From the NCBI GenBank assembly GCA_043228905.1, contig JBHGNT010000016.1, positions 18,352,001 through 18,416,000 on the forward strand: 64,000 nucleotides of DNA, in the 5' to 3' direction. Under the pieces are notes generated by a model. The model worked only from the letters and a program-made list of their open reading frames with translations. It had not been told where the DNA came from and ran no database searches. Origin of the DNA: Azolla caroliniana (taxonomy: Eukaryota > Plantae > Polypodiophyta). The position numbers and the translations under genes were made by a program. This document shows, piece by piece, positions 46,431-60,405 of this stretch; within the stretch, counting starts at the first letter, position 1; each line of letters opens with the position of its first letter.

Positions 46431-49400
46431 GTTGTAAAACTAGATTTGAACAGTGCACCTCTAGCTAGAAGTCAATGTGACTATCCACTAGGCCATTAAC
46501 TCTCTCTTATATAATATATAATTCTATCTCTATAAATTCTTAGCCTGTATCCCCTCTACCTTTTACCTCTCCTCTCTTTTACTTTTTACACAAGCTTGTA
46601 TGCGTCCTTTCCACCCTTTCTATGCATCCCCCATCTTGTGTTGCGCATAACTGTAACTTCCTCTCGCTCTCTTCCTCTCACACACATACACCGACACATA
46701 TCACTTAATCTTCTGCTTAGCGTAGTCACATAATTAGGTACTAATTACCCTTAATTAACTACCTAATTCTTAACATGGTATCGAAGTGTGTGGTTTAGAA
46801 AATCCACTAAGCCCACCCGACTCCGTGATTGTGTGTTCGAGACGCCAATGACAAAATTTGGCTATTACCTACCGTAGTGTCGCAACGTAGCACGTGTACG
46901 TAATCGAAGGAAGAAAAGCAAAATGGAAGACACTGCAATCAACATGAACACACAAATGGGTAGCTTGCTCCCTAGTGAAAAGCTAGACCGGAGCAATTAT
47001 TCATCTTGAGAGTACAAGATGAACCAATGCCTCGTTGGCCAAGGGTATTGGAGCTACATCAATGGCGCTCAAGAAAATTGACCCGACCCAAAGAACACCG
47101 ACTACTCAACATGGGAGCAAGCCGCTAGTTGAGTCATGTATTGCTTGGCAACATGTGTCCACGACCACATGCTTAGCCACATTTGAGACGCCAAGACGCC
47201 TAAAAAAGCGTGGGTGAACTTAAAGAAAATTTTCGCCGCCAACACGACCGCCTGAAAGCTTCAACTCTGACAAGAGTTGAACAACATTCGGCAAAATGAT
47301 ATGTCTGTGTCGGACTATACCGCCAAGATCAAGACCATTTGCGACTCGCTTGGCCCCATCAACGTAAACGTCGACGAAGACAAGGTGGTTCAAGTATGCT
47401 TGGGCGACCTCACACAACGATTCGACTCGTTGAGGACGGCAATCTTAGCGAGGGAAAAACCTCCTTCGTTATTCGACCTTCAATTAATGCTATTGGTTGA
47501 AGAGAACCAAGTCCAAACCAAAACCAAGACATTAGAAGGACAAATGTTCTTCTTGAGTTCGGATGGTGGCTGAGAACGAAGTTGAAGCGGTAGAAGAGGT
47601 CGATTTGACCCATGAAACGAAGAAAAGTCAAACCTTCGACAACAAGACGGAAGCCATCGAGGAACCTTCGGAAGAAGGGGGAGCTTCCATGCCGAACAAG
47701 GTTGGCAAATGTTGCCCATTGCTTGCAACTCTTGTGGCAAAATCGGCCACCACGAGGAGGAGTGTTGGAAAAAGAGAAGTGTGTCGGCTTCGACAAGCCG
47801 ACAACTCACAAACTACGCCAACAACTCCGAATACGACGACTACGGTGGTCTATTTGTAATGAGACACAGAGCGAACTCTATGACGGCTTCCAACTCCACA
47901 AACACATCCAACTCGGAAGACGTGTGGTTCATCGATTCCGGCACCTCACATCACATGACATCCCACGAAGAGTGGTTCAGTGATTTGCGCACACCCGATC
48001 GACCTGACGTCATAGATGGGTGACGACACCACACATCTGATTCGGTACATCGGCAACGTTCCATTCGGCAACAATGGCCAAAAGAATTGCATCAAGAATG
48101 TCTTGCAAGTGCCCACAATAACAAAGAATTTGGTCTCAGTCAGCCAAATCATGGAGCAAGGCATGCAAGTTCGGTTCAACAACAAAGGTTGTTTCATTGA
48201 GAAAGATGACCGACTCATAGCCAAGGGACGGAGAGACGGTGGCATGTTCATCCTCAATTTGAACGAGGTAAAATCAGCTTTGTATGCCAAATGTCTCAAA
48301 ACCGAGACAAACATCGAGTTGTGGCACAAGAGAATCGGCCACATAAACCTCCAACGGCTCCAAGCTATGCAATCAAAGGGAGTCATCATCGGACTTCTGA
48401 CATTTGAGTTGAAACGAGTCGACCAAGTATGCGAAGCGTGTTAACTCGGCAAACAACATCGACTCCCACTCTCAAAGGAGAGCTACACAAGCAAAGGCCT
48501 CCTCGACATCATACACGCTAATGTATGGGGATTGGCTCAAACACCGACAATCGCTGGATGCCAATTCTACGTCACCTTCATCGACGACTACTCGCACTAC
48601 GCGTGGATCTTCCCGATGAAGAAGAAGAGCGAAGTGTTCTCCTACTTCCAAAAGCTCAAGGGTGAAGTCGAAAAAGAAACCGGTCGGCACATTCGATGCC
48701 TACGATCAAACAAAGGAAAGGAGTACTTCTCTGATGAATTCACCTCCTACCTCCAAAGTGAAGGCATTCGGAGAGAATTCTCGTGCCGGCACACACCCCA
48801 ACAAAATGGAGTAGCCGAAAGAAAGAATGAGCAAATACTCTAGGTAGCACGCGCCATGATGCATGAGAAACACATGCTGAATTTCTATTGAGTTGAAGAG
48901 GCATCCACGACCGTCTATCTTATGAATCGATGCACCACCAATGGAGTGCATGAGCTAACTCCATACGAGCTCCTTGTTGGAAGGAAGCCGATCCTGTCAC
49001 ACCTCAAGTTCTTCGGAAGCATTGCGAATGTACGCATCCCAAATGAAAGCCGATAGAAGCCTGATGCGAAGTTGGAGGAATGTATCCGCATAGGATACTC
49101 GTCCGAGAAGAAGGCATACAAGTGCTATAACCATTCGACCCGAGCGGTTCGGGTGAGTCAAGACGTAATCTTCGACGAATCAACATCATGGTATAAGCCC
49201 GATTTGACTCTACCCTACCCGACTGAGGAAGAGTTGAACGTCAACTCGGAGGATGATATTTGGCCAAGCCCTTCACCAAAGGACTATCCAAGCTCTACCG
49301 AGCTAAGTGGACCACACGAGCCTCAAGCCTTCCAACCACGTTGTGGCCAAGTCCGAACTTGGACAAAGGCAAAGGTAAGATGCCCGAATACGAAGTCGAT

Positions 49401-49773
49401 CACCCTGATGATAGTGATTCGGATGTGTCAGCTCCCTCACTAGACAATGAGTTTGGTGTACCCATCATGCGGACACCCAGAGCAAAGAAGGCACTCACAT
49501 CGGCAAGCGAAAAACTTTGATGCTCATCTAGAGCTAAGAACCCTGTCATTCGGCTCGGCTACAATGAATACATGGCCCATCACTATGCCTTCGCGATGAA
49601 GGTAGCGGCCGAACAAGAGCCCAAGAGCTCCACCGAAGCGGCTCATAACTGTTGAGATACAAGCTCAGCATTGGGTGCATAAACGGGTGCGTAACCCAAT
49701 GCATAGACTAGGTGCGTAAAACCGTACACACAAAGGCCGTAATGGTGCGTAAGCCGAGAGGCCGTTAGAGCGT

Positions 49774-52700
49774 TGTCGTGGAGAAAACTGCCCCTAGGAG
49801 GAATCAAGGGGAAGAGGCATGACCCAATCCTTTTCGCGCGCGCATGTGTTTATGAATTGTACATAGCTAGGAATAGATCGGCTGATGTACATATGTACTA
49901 GGAAGGGTATTAATTGTCTAGGGAATCGATGCGTATCTCTGTCCGAAAGGACAGAGAATAAAGTTGATCTGTTTTGATGAACGGCCTCCTCGGCGACCTA
50001 TAAAAGGGAGGGGAGAAGAAGAAGAAACTATCATGTTTTGGCGAGGAGGAAGTGTTGTCGGACTGTTGCTCTCCACTACATCTCTGTGTCGGTTACCATC
50101 TGTTGCGTGTAAGCCCGTGTACTTCCAGTAGAGGCTCCACCGTGCGTTCTCTGTGTCGTCCGTGTGTGTGCATGGGACCTTCGTTTTGGGTCTGATGCTG
50201 ATTGTAATCGTTGTTGACATAGTAATTGAATCTTCTGTTCCCATTTCTCTCTCTCCCTGTTTTTCTGTGAATCGCTCTCCCTCTTCTTTCTCATGCTCCT
50301 TGGTCCAGGGCCCCCGCGGTCCTGCCTCATTTCACATGCAAGAGCGTAACAACACGACATAATTTGGTGAACCCAACGTGAAAGAAGGCGGCAAAGGAGT
50401 TGAAGATGAGGGGATCCGAGCTTGCTGAAGCTATGGCAGTAGCCGTCGACCGACTAGTGAGTGCTCGTGAGGGAAAGGGTGCCCTTGATAGGGCCGTAGA
50501 ATCTATTGTCGACACCATAGGCCGATTTGGTGGGAAGAATGCCACGAGCTATTTGGAGGCCTATCGGGCCGAAATGATCATGAGGGACATCCTGGAGGAC
50601 AGATGGTTGTTCGGATTCCCTCGATTGGTGACGCCGAGCATCCTCGTGGAGGTGCTCGAGGTGCTGACCGGATGCCAGGCTTGGGTGGAGCTCGAGGGGC
50701 GGCTCCTCGAGAAGTATGGGTACGACGATTCTCTTCAGCTATCGAAGCGGGACTTCATGGCTTGGGTTGAGAGCCCTAGAAAGGGGAGGAACGCGTTGAT
50801 GCTCCTCCAGGAATTCGAACAACGATTTGCTAGGCTGTCGGCGTTGGATTGGACCGTGCTTGACACGAACAGGGTCTTGTTGTTCGTCAAGTCGGTGCAT
50901 GTGCTGGATCGGGAAAAGGTGGCTCTCCTATTGGAGATGGATGAAGGCCTCACGACCGACTGGGCCGTGGTCAAAGGAGTCTGCGCCCGCTTTGACAAGT
51001 GGCGCGAGTGGAGCGATGAGGGCTCAACGGCGTCGGGGCCGGTCCCAGCGAGGAAGCTCGAGGAGTCGGTATCGGTGTCGGCTGGGGAGGAAGAGACTCG
51101 GAATTGGCTCGAGACGGGCCCAACCTCGAGCGGAGTGGTCCAAGGCTCTTTTGGAGGAGCGGCTTTGGAAGAGCTGACGCAAATGGTGCGCAACCTCCAT
51201 ATCGCACAAGCACGGAGGGACAACGACGATCAACCTCGTGACTGGAGGCCGCTGATGGGGCAACGATGTAGGTGGTGTGACGCCGTCAGTCACATCCGGA
51301 AAGATTACGCGTATTTCGCAGAGGCACTCCGGGCCAACGTGGTGTACCTCTGGAATGGGCGGGTGCATGCCGACGACACGCGGAAAGCCTTAGAGTTGAA
51401 CACTGGGCGTGGTGGGATGAAGCGCTTGATGGAAGAAACCGCGGTGCGACATGCGGAGGCCGTCCATTACTCAGCGTCAAGGGCGACGAGGGCCGGAAGA
51501 CGAAAGACCCTGGATTCTGGCCGCTGGTGCTGGAAGGCCTCTCCGGGGTACGGCTGAAGAAGGAGGAGACGGACCGCGCGGAACGGCGGATCCGGGAGGT
51601 CACCGGATGGGACGATCCGGTTGAAGAAAAGACTGGCTTCGTGGAAGCCGCATGCCAGAACTACGAGGTTCTGGTAGAAGACAAGCGCGTGGGAAGGGCT
51701 GGAGGGGCCGGTCCCTCACAATGGTACGAGACTCGGTTCAAACCAAAGCAAAACGATGCCGACAACATCGAGGTGCCGGATAAAACGAAATGAGTCGGTT
51801 ACCGACTGAGCATAGAGATTGAGAGGTCAACAGACGTGCAGAAGGTCCTTGAGGAGCGGATTCTTGATAGCAAGATGGAGCTGTTGCTGAGGGAGGTGCT
51901 CGGAATCGCCAAGAAGGAGTTCCATGACTCCATTGTGGACTTGGTGAAGCGAAAGTGGCTCTCGACGGAGCCGAAACCGGAGAAGCCCGTGGAGGTGCGG
52001 ACGATGCACCTAGAAGACATGGCCCTAGAGGACGAGTTGGCGCACAACTACCACGGCTCGGAGATCAACCTAATGCCCATGAACTTCTACAAAAAGGGGA
52101 AGTGGCTGATTAACACCAAGCACGGGTGGAAGATACGCGCGACGACACACGCTACGGAGGAGCTGCATGGTGCGTGCCCGAATGTACGCGTAAAGATCGA
52201 CGACTTCTTTGTGTAGGAGACCTCCTCGCACCCGGTGATACTCGGCGAGCCATACATTACGGTGGCATGGATGGAAATGAAGGTGCTTAACAACGGATCA
52301 GCGTACGCGTGCGTGAAGAGCCCAAGACGGACAACGCTTCGTTCAATTTTTGACGGTGAGGCTGAACCATGAGCGTAACCGTGAGACCCTTGGCGGTGAG
52401 AGCCGAGGGGATTTTTAGAGAGGGCTATCAAGGCGTGGGGCCGTTATAGTCCGGACACCCCGGAAGAACCCCACACGTGTACCATAGGTAGAAAATTTTG
52501 GTTCTCTGATAACGGAGGTTGTACCACAGTCGACATCAGTGGCCGGGAAAAGAAGAGGGCAGAAGAAAGACTCAGGGCGCTTGGGGTCCCCGGCCCCGAC
52601 GAAGAGATTGGCAGTGCCATGGAGGCGGTCTCCTTCGATGACACCATGGGGGAATTACGCGAGGTTGTCGAAGGAGACCTTAGTGAAGACCGGGCAGTTC

Positions 52701-55700
52701 CTGTTAATTCAGTAGAGATGTACGAAGTCATCGCTGACTTTGGGGAAAAGGTCGGGTCCGGTCGGATAGCCCGCGTGGATACCAGGTACAAGACTGTGGA
52801 CCAGAAGGTGAGGCCAGTTGCGGCACCCTTGCCAGAGGGCAGCGGAGGGCGGATAAAAGAGGTCACACGGACCCAAGTTTACGGCAACCGATTCACCAAC
52901 ATAACGCTACGAGAGCTCAAGGTTGGTGGGGGTGGGTTTCTACTACCGGCGGAGGAGGATTGGTTCCGGAGGATGCTCGAAAGGCAGGGGAAACCCTTCA
53001 CATTCTCGCCGGAGGAGATCGGGTGCGCAAACCCGACGATCGTGGAGCCGATGGTGATATTCACGGTGCCACATGTGCCGTGGAATCTCAAGCCGATTCC
53101 GGTACCCAGAGCTCACATCCCGAAGTTGATGGAGCTACTGAAGTAGAAGGTGGAGATGGGCATCCTCGAACTGTCGAATGCCCCATATTCGAATCGGTGG
53201 TTTACTGTGCCAAAGAAGAACGGCACGTTGCGCTTCATTCAGGACCTGCAACCGGTCAACAGGGTGACCACTCGTAATGCAGGTATCGGACTGACGATAT
53301 ACGAGTTTGCGGAAGCCTTCGCCGGAAGGTCAATCTATTCAATCGGTGGTCTGTACTCAGGGTATGACCAGTTCCAACTAGCCATGGAGAGCAGGGATAT
53401 CACGACGATGCGGACCCCTCTTGGCTTAGTACGGATGTGTACCCTACCGCAAGGAGGGACAAACTCGGTGGCGCACATGGTGAATGCAATGAACAAGGTG
53501 CTAAAGGACTGCATCCCATGCATCACCATGCCATTCCTGGACGACATCCCGATCAAAGGATGTCTAGTGGAGGATAAGGACGAGGCGGTTGGGCCAGATG
53601 GATGTCGGAGGTTCGTCGCGGACCACATTAATGACTGCGAGAAGGTGTTGCAAAGGCTGGAGGACGTGCGGCTCACCTTCTCCGGGGAGAAATCAACGTT
53701 CGGCCAATTGGATATCCTAGTGGTCGGTCACCTGTGCGGGCCCTACGACTGGAAACCGTCTCTGGCAAAGATAGAAGCCATCTCCGTAATGAAGGAAGAG
53801 TGCAAGTCGGTTACGGAGGTGCGGAGGTTCTTGGGCGCATGCACGTTCTACCACATCTGGATTCTGCACTACGCACATGTCACGGAACCACTCTATGGGT
53901 TGCTAAAGAAGGGGCGCAAATTTGAATGGGGCAAGGAGCATGCAGAGTCGGTCCGGAGACTGAAGGAGGCGCTTACCGTGGCACCGGCTCTCAGGAAAGC
54001 GGTCTACGGCAAGGATGTCCCCATCTACGTAACCGTTGACACAAGCCCGACCGGGATTAGATGGGTGATCAATCAGGAGGACGAGAGCGGCGCGCGGTTC
54101 CCGATCCGGTTCGGGGCGAAGCTCCTCAGTGAGCGACAACGAGGGTACGCCCAAGTTAAGCGTGAACTATGGGGTATCGTTTCGGCGGTTAAGGCCGACA
54201 AAGATTATCTTATAGGGACGGAGGTAATAATCGAGACAGACTGCCTACCGATTCTCGATATGATTTCCGGATGCGTGACTCCGGACCTGGCAATGCTCAG
54301 GTGGATCACATACATCAAGTCCCTAAATCCGGAGATACGGCACATCTCCGGGAAGGACAACGCCATGGCCAACATGCTTTCGAGAGCACGGTTCGATGAT
54401 GAGGACGACATGGTTTCGGAGGACGAGGAAGTCGGCATAGACTTCTTCGAGACAACATACATAACGAGGGAGAGGAGCCCTCCGGCACTTAACGAATTTC
54501 ACGAAGGTGAGTACGATGGGGAGTGGCTCCAGATCGGTAGGTTCCTGAAGACAATGACACCAAATGCATAGTGGACAAAGGAAGAGGCTAACCGGATTCG
54601 AAAGAAAGCTTACCGGTTCTTCCTACGGGACGAGAACATATGGAGGCTCCCAAAGAAGCGAGGCAGTGTTCCACTCCGCGTAGTGGCGAGAAAGGACGAG
54701 CAGGACAAGTTGTTAATGGCGTACCACGAGAGTCCCTTGGCCGGGCACCGCGGGACCTGGGCCACGTTCGAGAAACTGAAAGAGAAGTATTGGTGGCTGG
54801 GGCTGTACCGGGATGTGTCCAAATTCGTGATGACGTGTGAAAACTGTCAGATGCACTCCGCGATCCGGCATCGAGACGAGCTGCACCCAACCTACCCGTC
54901 GACCATCCACTTCAAATGGACGGTGGACTTAGTGACAATGCCGATGGGGGTAGGGCAGATGCGGTATCTGGTGCTTGCGCGGGAAGATTTAACGAACCAA
55001 GTGGAAGGCTACGTGCTAACGAACAAGACGACTGCGACAGTGTGCCGGTTCCTGATCGAAGAGGTGGTGTGCTGGTACTGATGCATGGGAAAAATAATGG
55101 CGGATCGGGGAGAGCTGGACGTGCAGGAAGCTGAGGAGCTGTTCGACCGGTTAGGGGTCAAGATCTCCCTCACTATGGCGTACAATCCGGAGGCGAACAG
55201 GAAGGTAGAGTGCGGACACAGACCGATCGTGAAGGCTTTGGTACGAGCGTGTGAAGGGAAGGTTAGGAATTGGCTGCGGCTTCTACCCTATGCGATGTGG
55301 GCGGACCGGACTAAGCACAGTTCGGTGACAGGGTTCATGCCGGCAGAATTGATGTACGGGCAAAAACCGATTATGCCAGTGGAACAGATGATCACTTCGT
55401 GGGTCGCGGTGGACTGGAAGGACGAGATGAGCTGGGAAGAGTTTCTGGCGGCACGGATTCGGCAGCTCGAGCGACGACCGGAGGACGTGGGGCAGGCGGT
55501 GGCGAAATTACGTGCGGCGGGTGAAAGAAACAAAGGCTGTTTCGATCGAACACACCGGCTGAGACCGAAGAAGATCGAGGAGGGCGATTGGGTGTTGGTG
55601 CACGACAGTAGCCTCGATAATTAGCACAAGGCGATGCGTAAGTTTGCGAGGAGATGGTTCGGGCCCTACACGGTGACAAGTGCGAACGACAATGGCACGT

Positions 55701-56548
55701 ATCATCTAGCGGAGCTTGATGGGACGCAGATAGCGGTACCGGTGGCCAGCAAGAGGGTCAAGATTTTCAAGAAGCGGCATGAGGATGAACCGGACCCGGT
55801 GAGCGATGGCGACGGCGGTGCCTGAATTGGGGAAGGCGAGGGTTCGGAAAACGACAAGTGATCTAGGGCCAGTTTCCGCCAAGGTTGTTCCTACCTGGCC
55901 CGTACCGGTGGACGTGCCGTTTATTGGGGGTGGATGTTGTGGAGAAAACCGCCCCTAGGAGGAATCAAGGGGAAGAGGCGTGACCCAATCCTTTTCACGC
56001 GCGTGTGTGTTTATGAATTGTACATAACTAGGAATAGATTGGCTGATGTACATATGTACTAGGAAGGGTATTAATTGTCTAGGGAATCGATGCGTATCTC
56101 TGTCTGAAAGGACAAAGAATAAAGTTGATTTGTTTTGATGTAACGGCCTCCTCAACGACCTATAAAAGGGAGGGTAGAAGAAGAAGAAACTATCGCGTTT
56201 TGGCGAGGAGGCAGTGTTGTCGAACTGGAAACCGAGGTCTCTCTCCCTCTACCGTTGCTCTCCACTATGTCTTTGTGTCAGTTACCATCTGCTGCGTGTA
56301 AGCCCGTGTGCTTCTAGCGGAGGCTCCATCGTGCGTTCTCTGTGTCGTCCGTGTGTGTGTGTGGGACCTCTGTTTTTGGTCTATTGCCACTTGTAATCAT
56401 TGTTGACATAGTAATTGAATCTTTTGTTCCCGTCTCTCTCTCTCCCTGTGTTTCTGTGAATCGCTCTCCCTCTTCTTTCTCACGCTCCTTGGTCCAGGGC
56501 CCCCGCGATCCCGCCTCATTTCACATGCAAGAGCGTAACAACATGACA
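49774..56548 (+). mobile_element. Full-length GC-rich Ty3/gypsy element C (Ylt1/fungal-like pol), inactivated
   Basis: LTRs 49774-50359 and 55935-56548, 4-bp TSD gcgt/acgt, PPT ggggtgga. Pol IQDLQPVN, LPQGGTNS, PFLDDIPIKG, TVDTS, ETDC, INT H..PLAGH..CENC, WFGPY. Stops and frameshifts present. Confidence 0.92.
50365..50381 (+). promoter_or_regulatory. PBS complementary to tRNA-Trp 3' end
   Basis: TGGTGAACCCAACGTGA versus plant tRNA-Trp 3' end ...TCACGTCGGGTTCACCA (one mismatch; tRNA sequence from recall). Confidence 0.7.
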
Positions 56549-59500
56549 ACGTTATTTCTCGTAAGGAATAATTTTGGGAGTTAGTGTAAGAGGCTCATTA
56601 ATGAGCATTGAAGTATGTGTCAGTACTCGGACAATACTTCTGTCTGTCCATAAGGACTTGCATAAAAAGTGCCAATTGAGCACATCTTGTATAGAGTCAC
56701 AGAGAATTATTTTTGAATCTAAGTTTTGTGTGTTCTGCTCACACACACACACACACTCTCTCTCATTCTCAATCTCTCTTGCATACGTTGTGTCGTGTAC
56801 AACGCTTTCCATTAAACCTTCTCTTCGTCATCTGTGTTACACGGTTGTGTTCGTTACGCTTCCATACACGCGTTGAAATCCTCTATGGCCGACAAACAAA
56901 CAAACATCACCATGAAGAACTAAAGAAAAATAAGAATGGATAGAGGGATGGTTAGCTTGCTTCCTACACAGAAGCTCGACAGAAGCAACTATACATTTTG
57001 GTCGTACAAGATGCACTAGTACCTACTTGGGCATGACTACTAGAGTTATGTCGATGGAGCTAACGACCGAGCACCTGAATGGACACATTGAGACTTCCTG
57101 GCCTGGGAACATGCGGCTAACAGAGTTCTATACTACCTTACGTCCTGTGTGAGCGACCAGCTCTTGAGCTACATTTGGGATGCCAAGACGCCAAAGGACG
57201 TGTAGGCGAATCTCAAGAGGATCTTCACCGCGAGCACAACGACCAGGAAGCTGCAACTCAGACAGGAGCTCAACAATGTCCGACAGAAAGATCTGTTTGT
57301 GGTCGATTACACGGCTCGAATCAAGGAAATCTGCGATTCTCTCGCCTCCATCAATGTAAACGTCGAGGAAGATGAAATGGTGCAGGTGTGCCTCGGAGGG
57401 CTAGCGTCCAAGTTCGGAGCTTTCCAAATGGCGGTATGCACAAGGGAGAATACACCATCATTCTTCAAGCTTCAATCGATGTTGCTCGTAGAGGAAAATC
57501 ACGTGGGTGGGTCGACAAGTACGCACTCTAACATCAAAATGTTGTACACGGAGGAAGATAGGCCCCATGGTCGTGGTGGACGTGGCGGATTGGCGCGCAA
57601 TGGAGGCAGCCAAAAAGAGCAGAACGTGCGGCATAATCAAAATGTTGGATGCAGTTCTGAACCCTCCGGAAGTAGGGGGAGTCATGGTGGCGCCGGAAAC
57701 CGGCAAGAGAAGGCTGCGATAGACTGTTGGTGTTGTGGCAAGAAAGGCCATAGGGAGAGCGAGTGTTGGAATAAACGAGCCAATTCCGACAAAGCTGGAT
57801 TGAGCCGAAGAGATGTAGAGAGGCATCAAAGGTCACACTACGTAGAAGGCTCTGAACGATCCGGAAATGGATCGGGCCCAGGCTTCGTATTGAAGCACAA
57901 GCCCCGTAAAGAGATACGGGTATAATGAGTACATGGCACAACATTATGCGTACATGACGCGAGTGGTGGAAGTGCGTGAGCCGGAGAGCCACACAAAAGC
58001 GGTGAAAGACGCAAACTAGCGTGCCGCAATGGAGGAAGAGATGTGTGCGTTATTGGACAACGAGACTTGGGACCTAGTTGACGCACATAAGGGTATGAAG
58101 CCGATCGGATGCAGATGGGTGTATAAGGTCAAATACAACACCGACAGCTCTGTCAACCACTACAAGGCCCGATTAGTGGCGAAAGGCTACGCGCAAAAGC
58201 ACAGTGTGGATTACAACGAGACCTTCGCGCTGGTCGCGAAGACGACCACCGTGCGTGTTCTGTTAGCCGTAGCAACGACGAAGGGGTGGCATCTACATCA
58301 GATGGATGTGAAAAATGCGTTCCTGCAAGGTGACCTTGAGGAGCAGGTATACATGGTACAACCCCCCAGATTCTTATCCAAACAGAACACTTCAGTAGTG
58401 TGCTGATTGAAGAAGTTGTTATATGGACTTAAGCAAGCCCCGCGAGCTTGGAACACGAAGATTACACAACAATTGCGTAAGATGGGGTTTGCACCATCGA
58501 AGTCGGACTCTTCATTGTTCATTCGGCAAGGTCGACATGGCCCGGTTAGCCTCTTACTTTATGTTGATGATCTAGTCATTTCCAGTGCCGACCTGGACGA
58601 AATTGGCCGCGTAAAGTCTCAGCTTGTGGCATCATTCAACATGAAGGATCTTGGAGACCTTCATTACTTCCTTGGGATCGATGTGATCCGCACCCTCGAA
58701 GGCATATTGATTAGCCAACATCATTACGTATTGAATATGCTCTTCAAGTTCGGGATGGCAGATTGTAAGCCCATTTCGACCCCTCTGGATAGAAACATCT
58801 AGCTTCGTTGAGATTCGGGAAAGGCGTGTGACCCGACATGGTTCCGAAAGATTGTCGGAAGCCTAATCTATTTGACGATCACTTGGCCGGATCTCAGCTA
58901 CCTAGTCGGCCTCATCAGTCAATTTATGTCGCAACCCACGGCTGACCACTTTCAGTGCGCACAAAGGATATTGCGATATGTCAGCAGCACTAAAGACATG
59001 GCGTTGCTATATCGGGCAAGCGTAGCCGAACGGTTAGTTGGCTACACGGATGCCAATTGGGTCGGCAATGCCAACGATCGTAGATCCACATCCGGATACG
59101 CATTCTCAATGGGAAATGCGGCGATCGCGTGGAGCAATAAGAAGCAGCCGACAGTAGCACTGTCGAGCATGGAGCCTGAATATCGAGGGGCAATTGTCGC
59201 TACATGCGAAGTCATTTGGCTAAAATGACTATTACGAGATCTACACGTGGAGGTGTCCGCTCCGACGACGATCTATTGTGACAACCTTAGCAGCATCCAA
59301 CTTGCGAAAAACCCCGTATTTCACCCTCAGACCAAGCACATTGAGGTGCATTACCATTTTGTCCGTGAGCATGTCCTTTCCGGTGAAGTCGAACTAGCGT
59401 ATGTTTTGATAGGTCAGCAGATTGCCGACGTATTCACCAAGCCGCTAGGTCTTGACAAGTTACGACAATTCTCGGATGCACTTGGGTTGCGCCACCTCGA

Positions 59501-60364
59501 CACATCGAACTTGAGGGGGGAATAGGAACAAGAGCATGAGCTTGAAAGGAGCGGAAGTGATCATTGTGATGCCGAGTCGGATGAAGAATTCAACTTCGGG
59601 TCGGCTGAAGAAGCCGAAGATGAGTACAGGGACCGTAACCGCAGAGAAGAGCCAAAGACAGCCGAAAAAGGGGGCGATAAGGCCAAGACCAAGACATGGT
59701 CTGACATTGTTAAAGGCCTAAAGACTGAAGACGAATTGGAGACAACCAATTTGGATGTAAGGGAAATGAATCGGAAGTGACTTATTCAATTGAAATGTTC
59801 GATTCAAACATGCCGAATCAACAAAGGGCCAAGTGGAGGAAAGGGTAGCGAAAGAAGCGCCAACACCGCGACCGCAAGGGAGCTGAGAAGGGCCACACGA
59901 GCAGACAAACAGACTGGAAGGGTCGAGGCGCACAGAATCGAATGGGTCGAGGAGCGCGTGCGAGGCGTGAAGCTAGGAGAAGTCGGAGCGAAGATCTGGA
60001 AGAGCAAGCAGAACCTCAAGTTGAGCTTGAGGGGGAGTGTTGAGATACAAGCTCAACATTGGGTGCGTAAACAAGTGCATAACCCAGTGCGTAGATAGGG
60101 TGCGTAAAATCATACGCACAAAGGCCGTAATGGTGCATAAGCTGAGAGGCCGTTAGAGCGTTATTCCTCGTAAGGAATAATTTTGGGAGTTAGTGTAGGA
60201 GGCTCATTAATGAGCATTGAAGTATGTGTCAGTACTCCAACAATACATCTGTCTATCCATAAGGACTTGTATAAAAAGCGCCGATTGAGCGCATCTTGTA
60301 TAGAGTGAAAGAGAGTTATTTTTGAATCTATGTTTTGTGTGTTTTGCTCACACACACACACACA

Positions 60365-60405
<41 letters not shown>

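Noticed and set aside
50735-55705. Many overlapping antisense ORFs in element C
   Set aside because: Expected by-product of GC-rich coding sequence, with no independent motifs.
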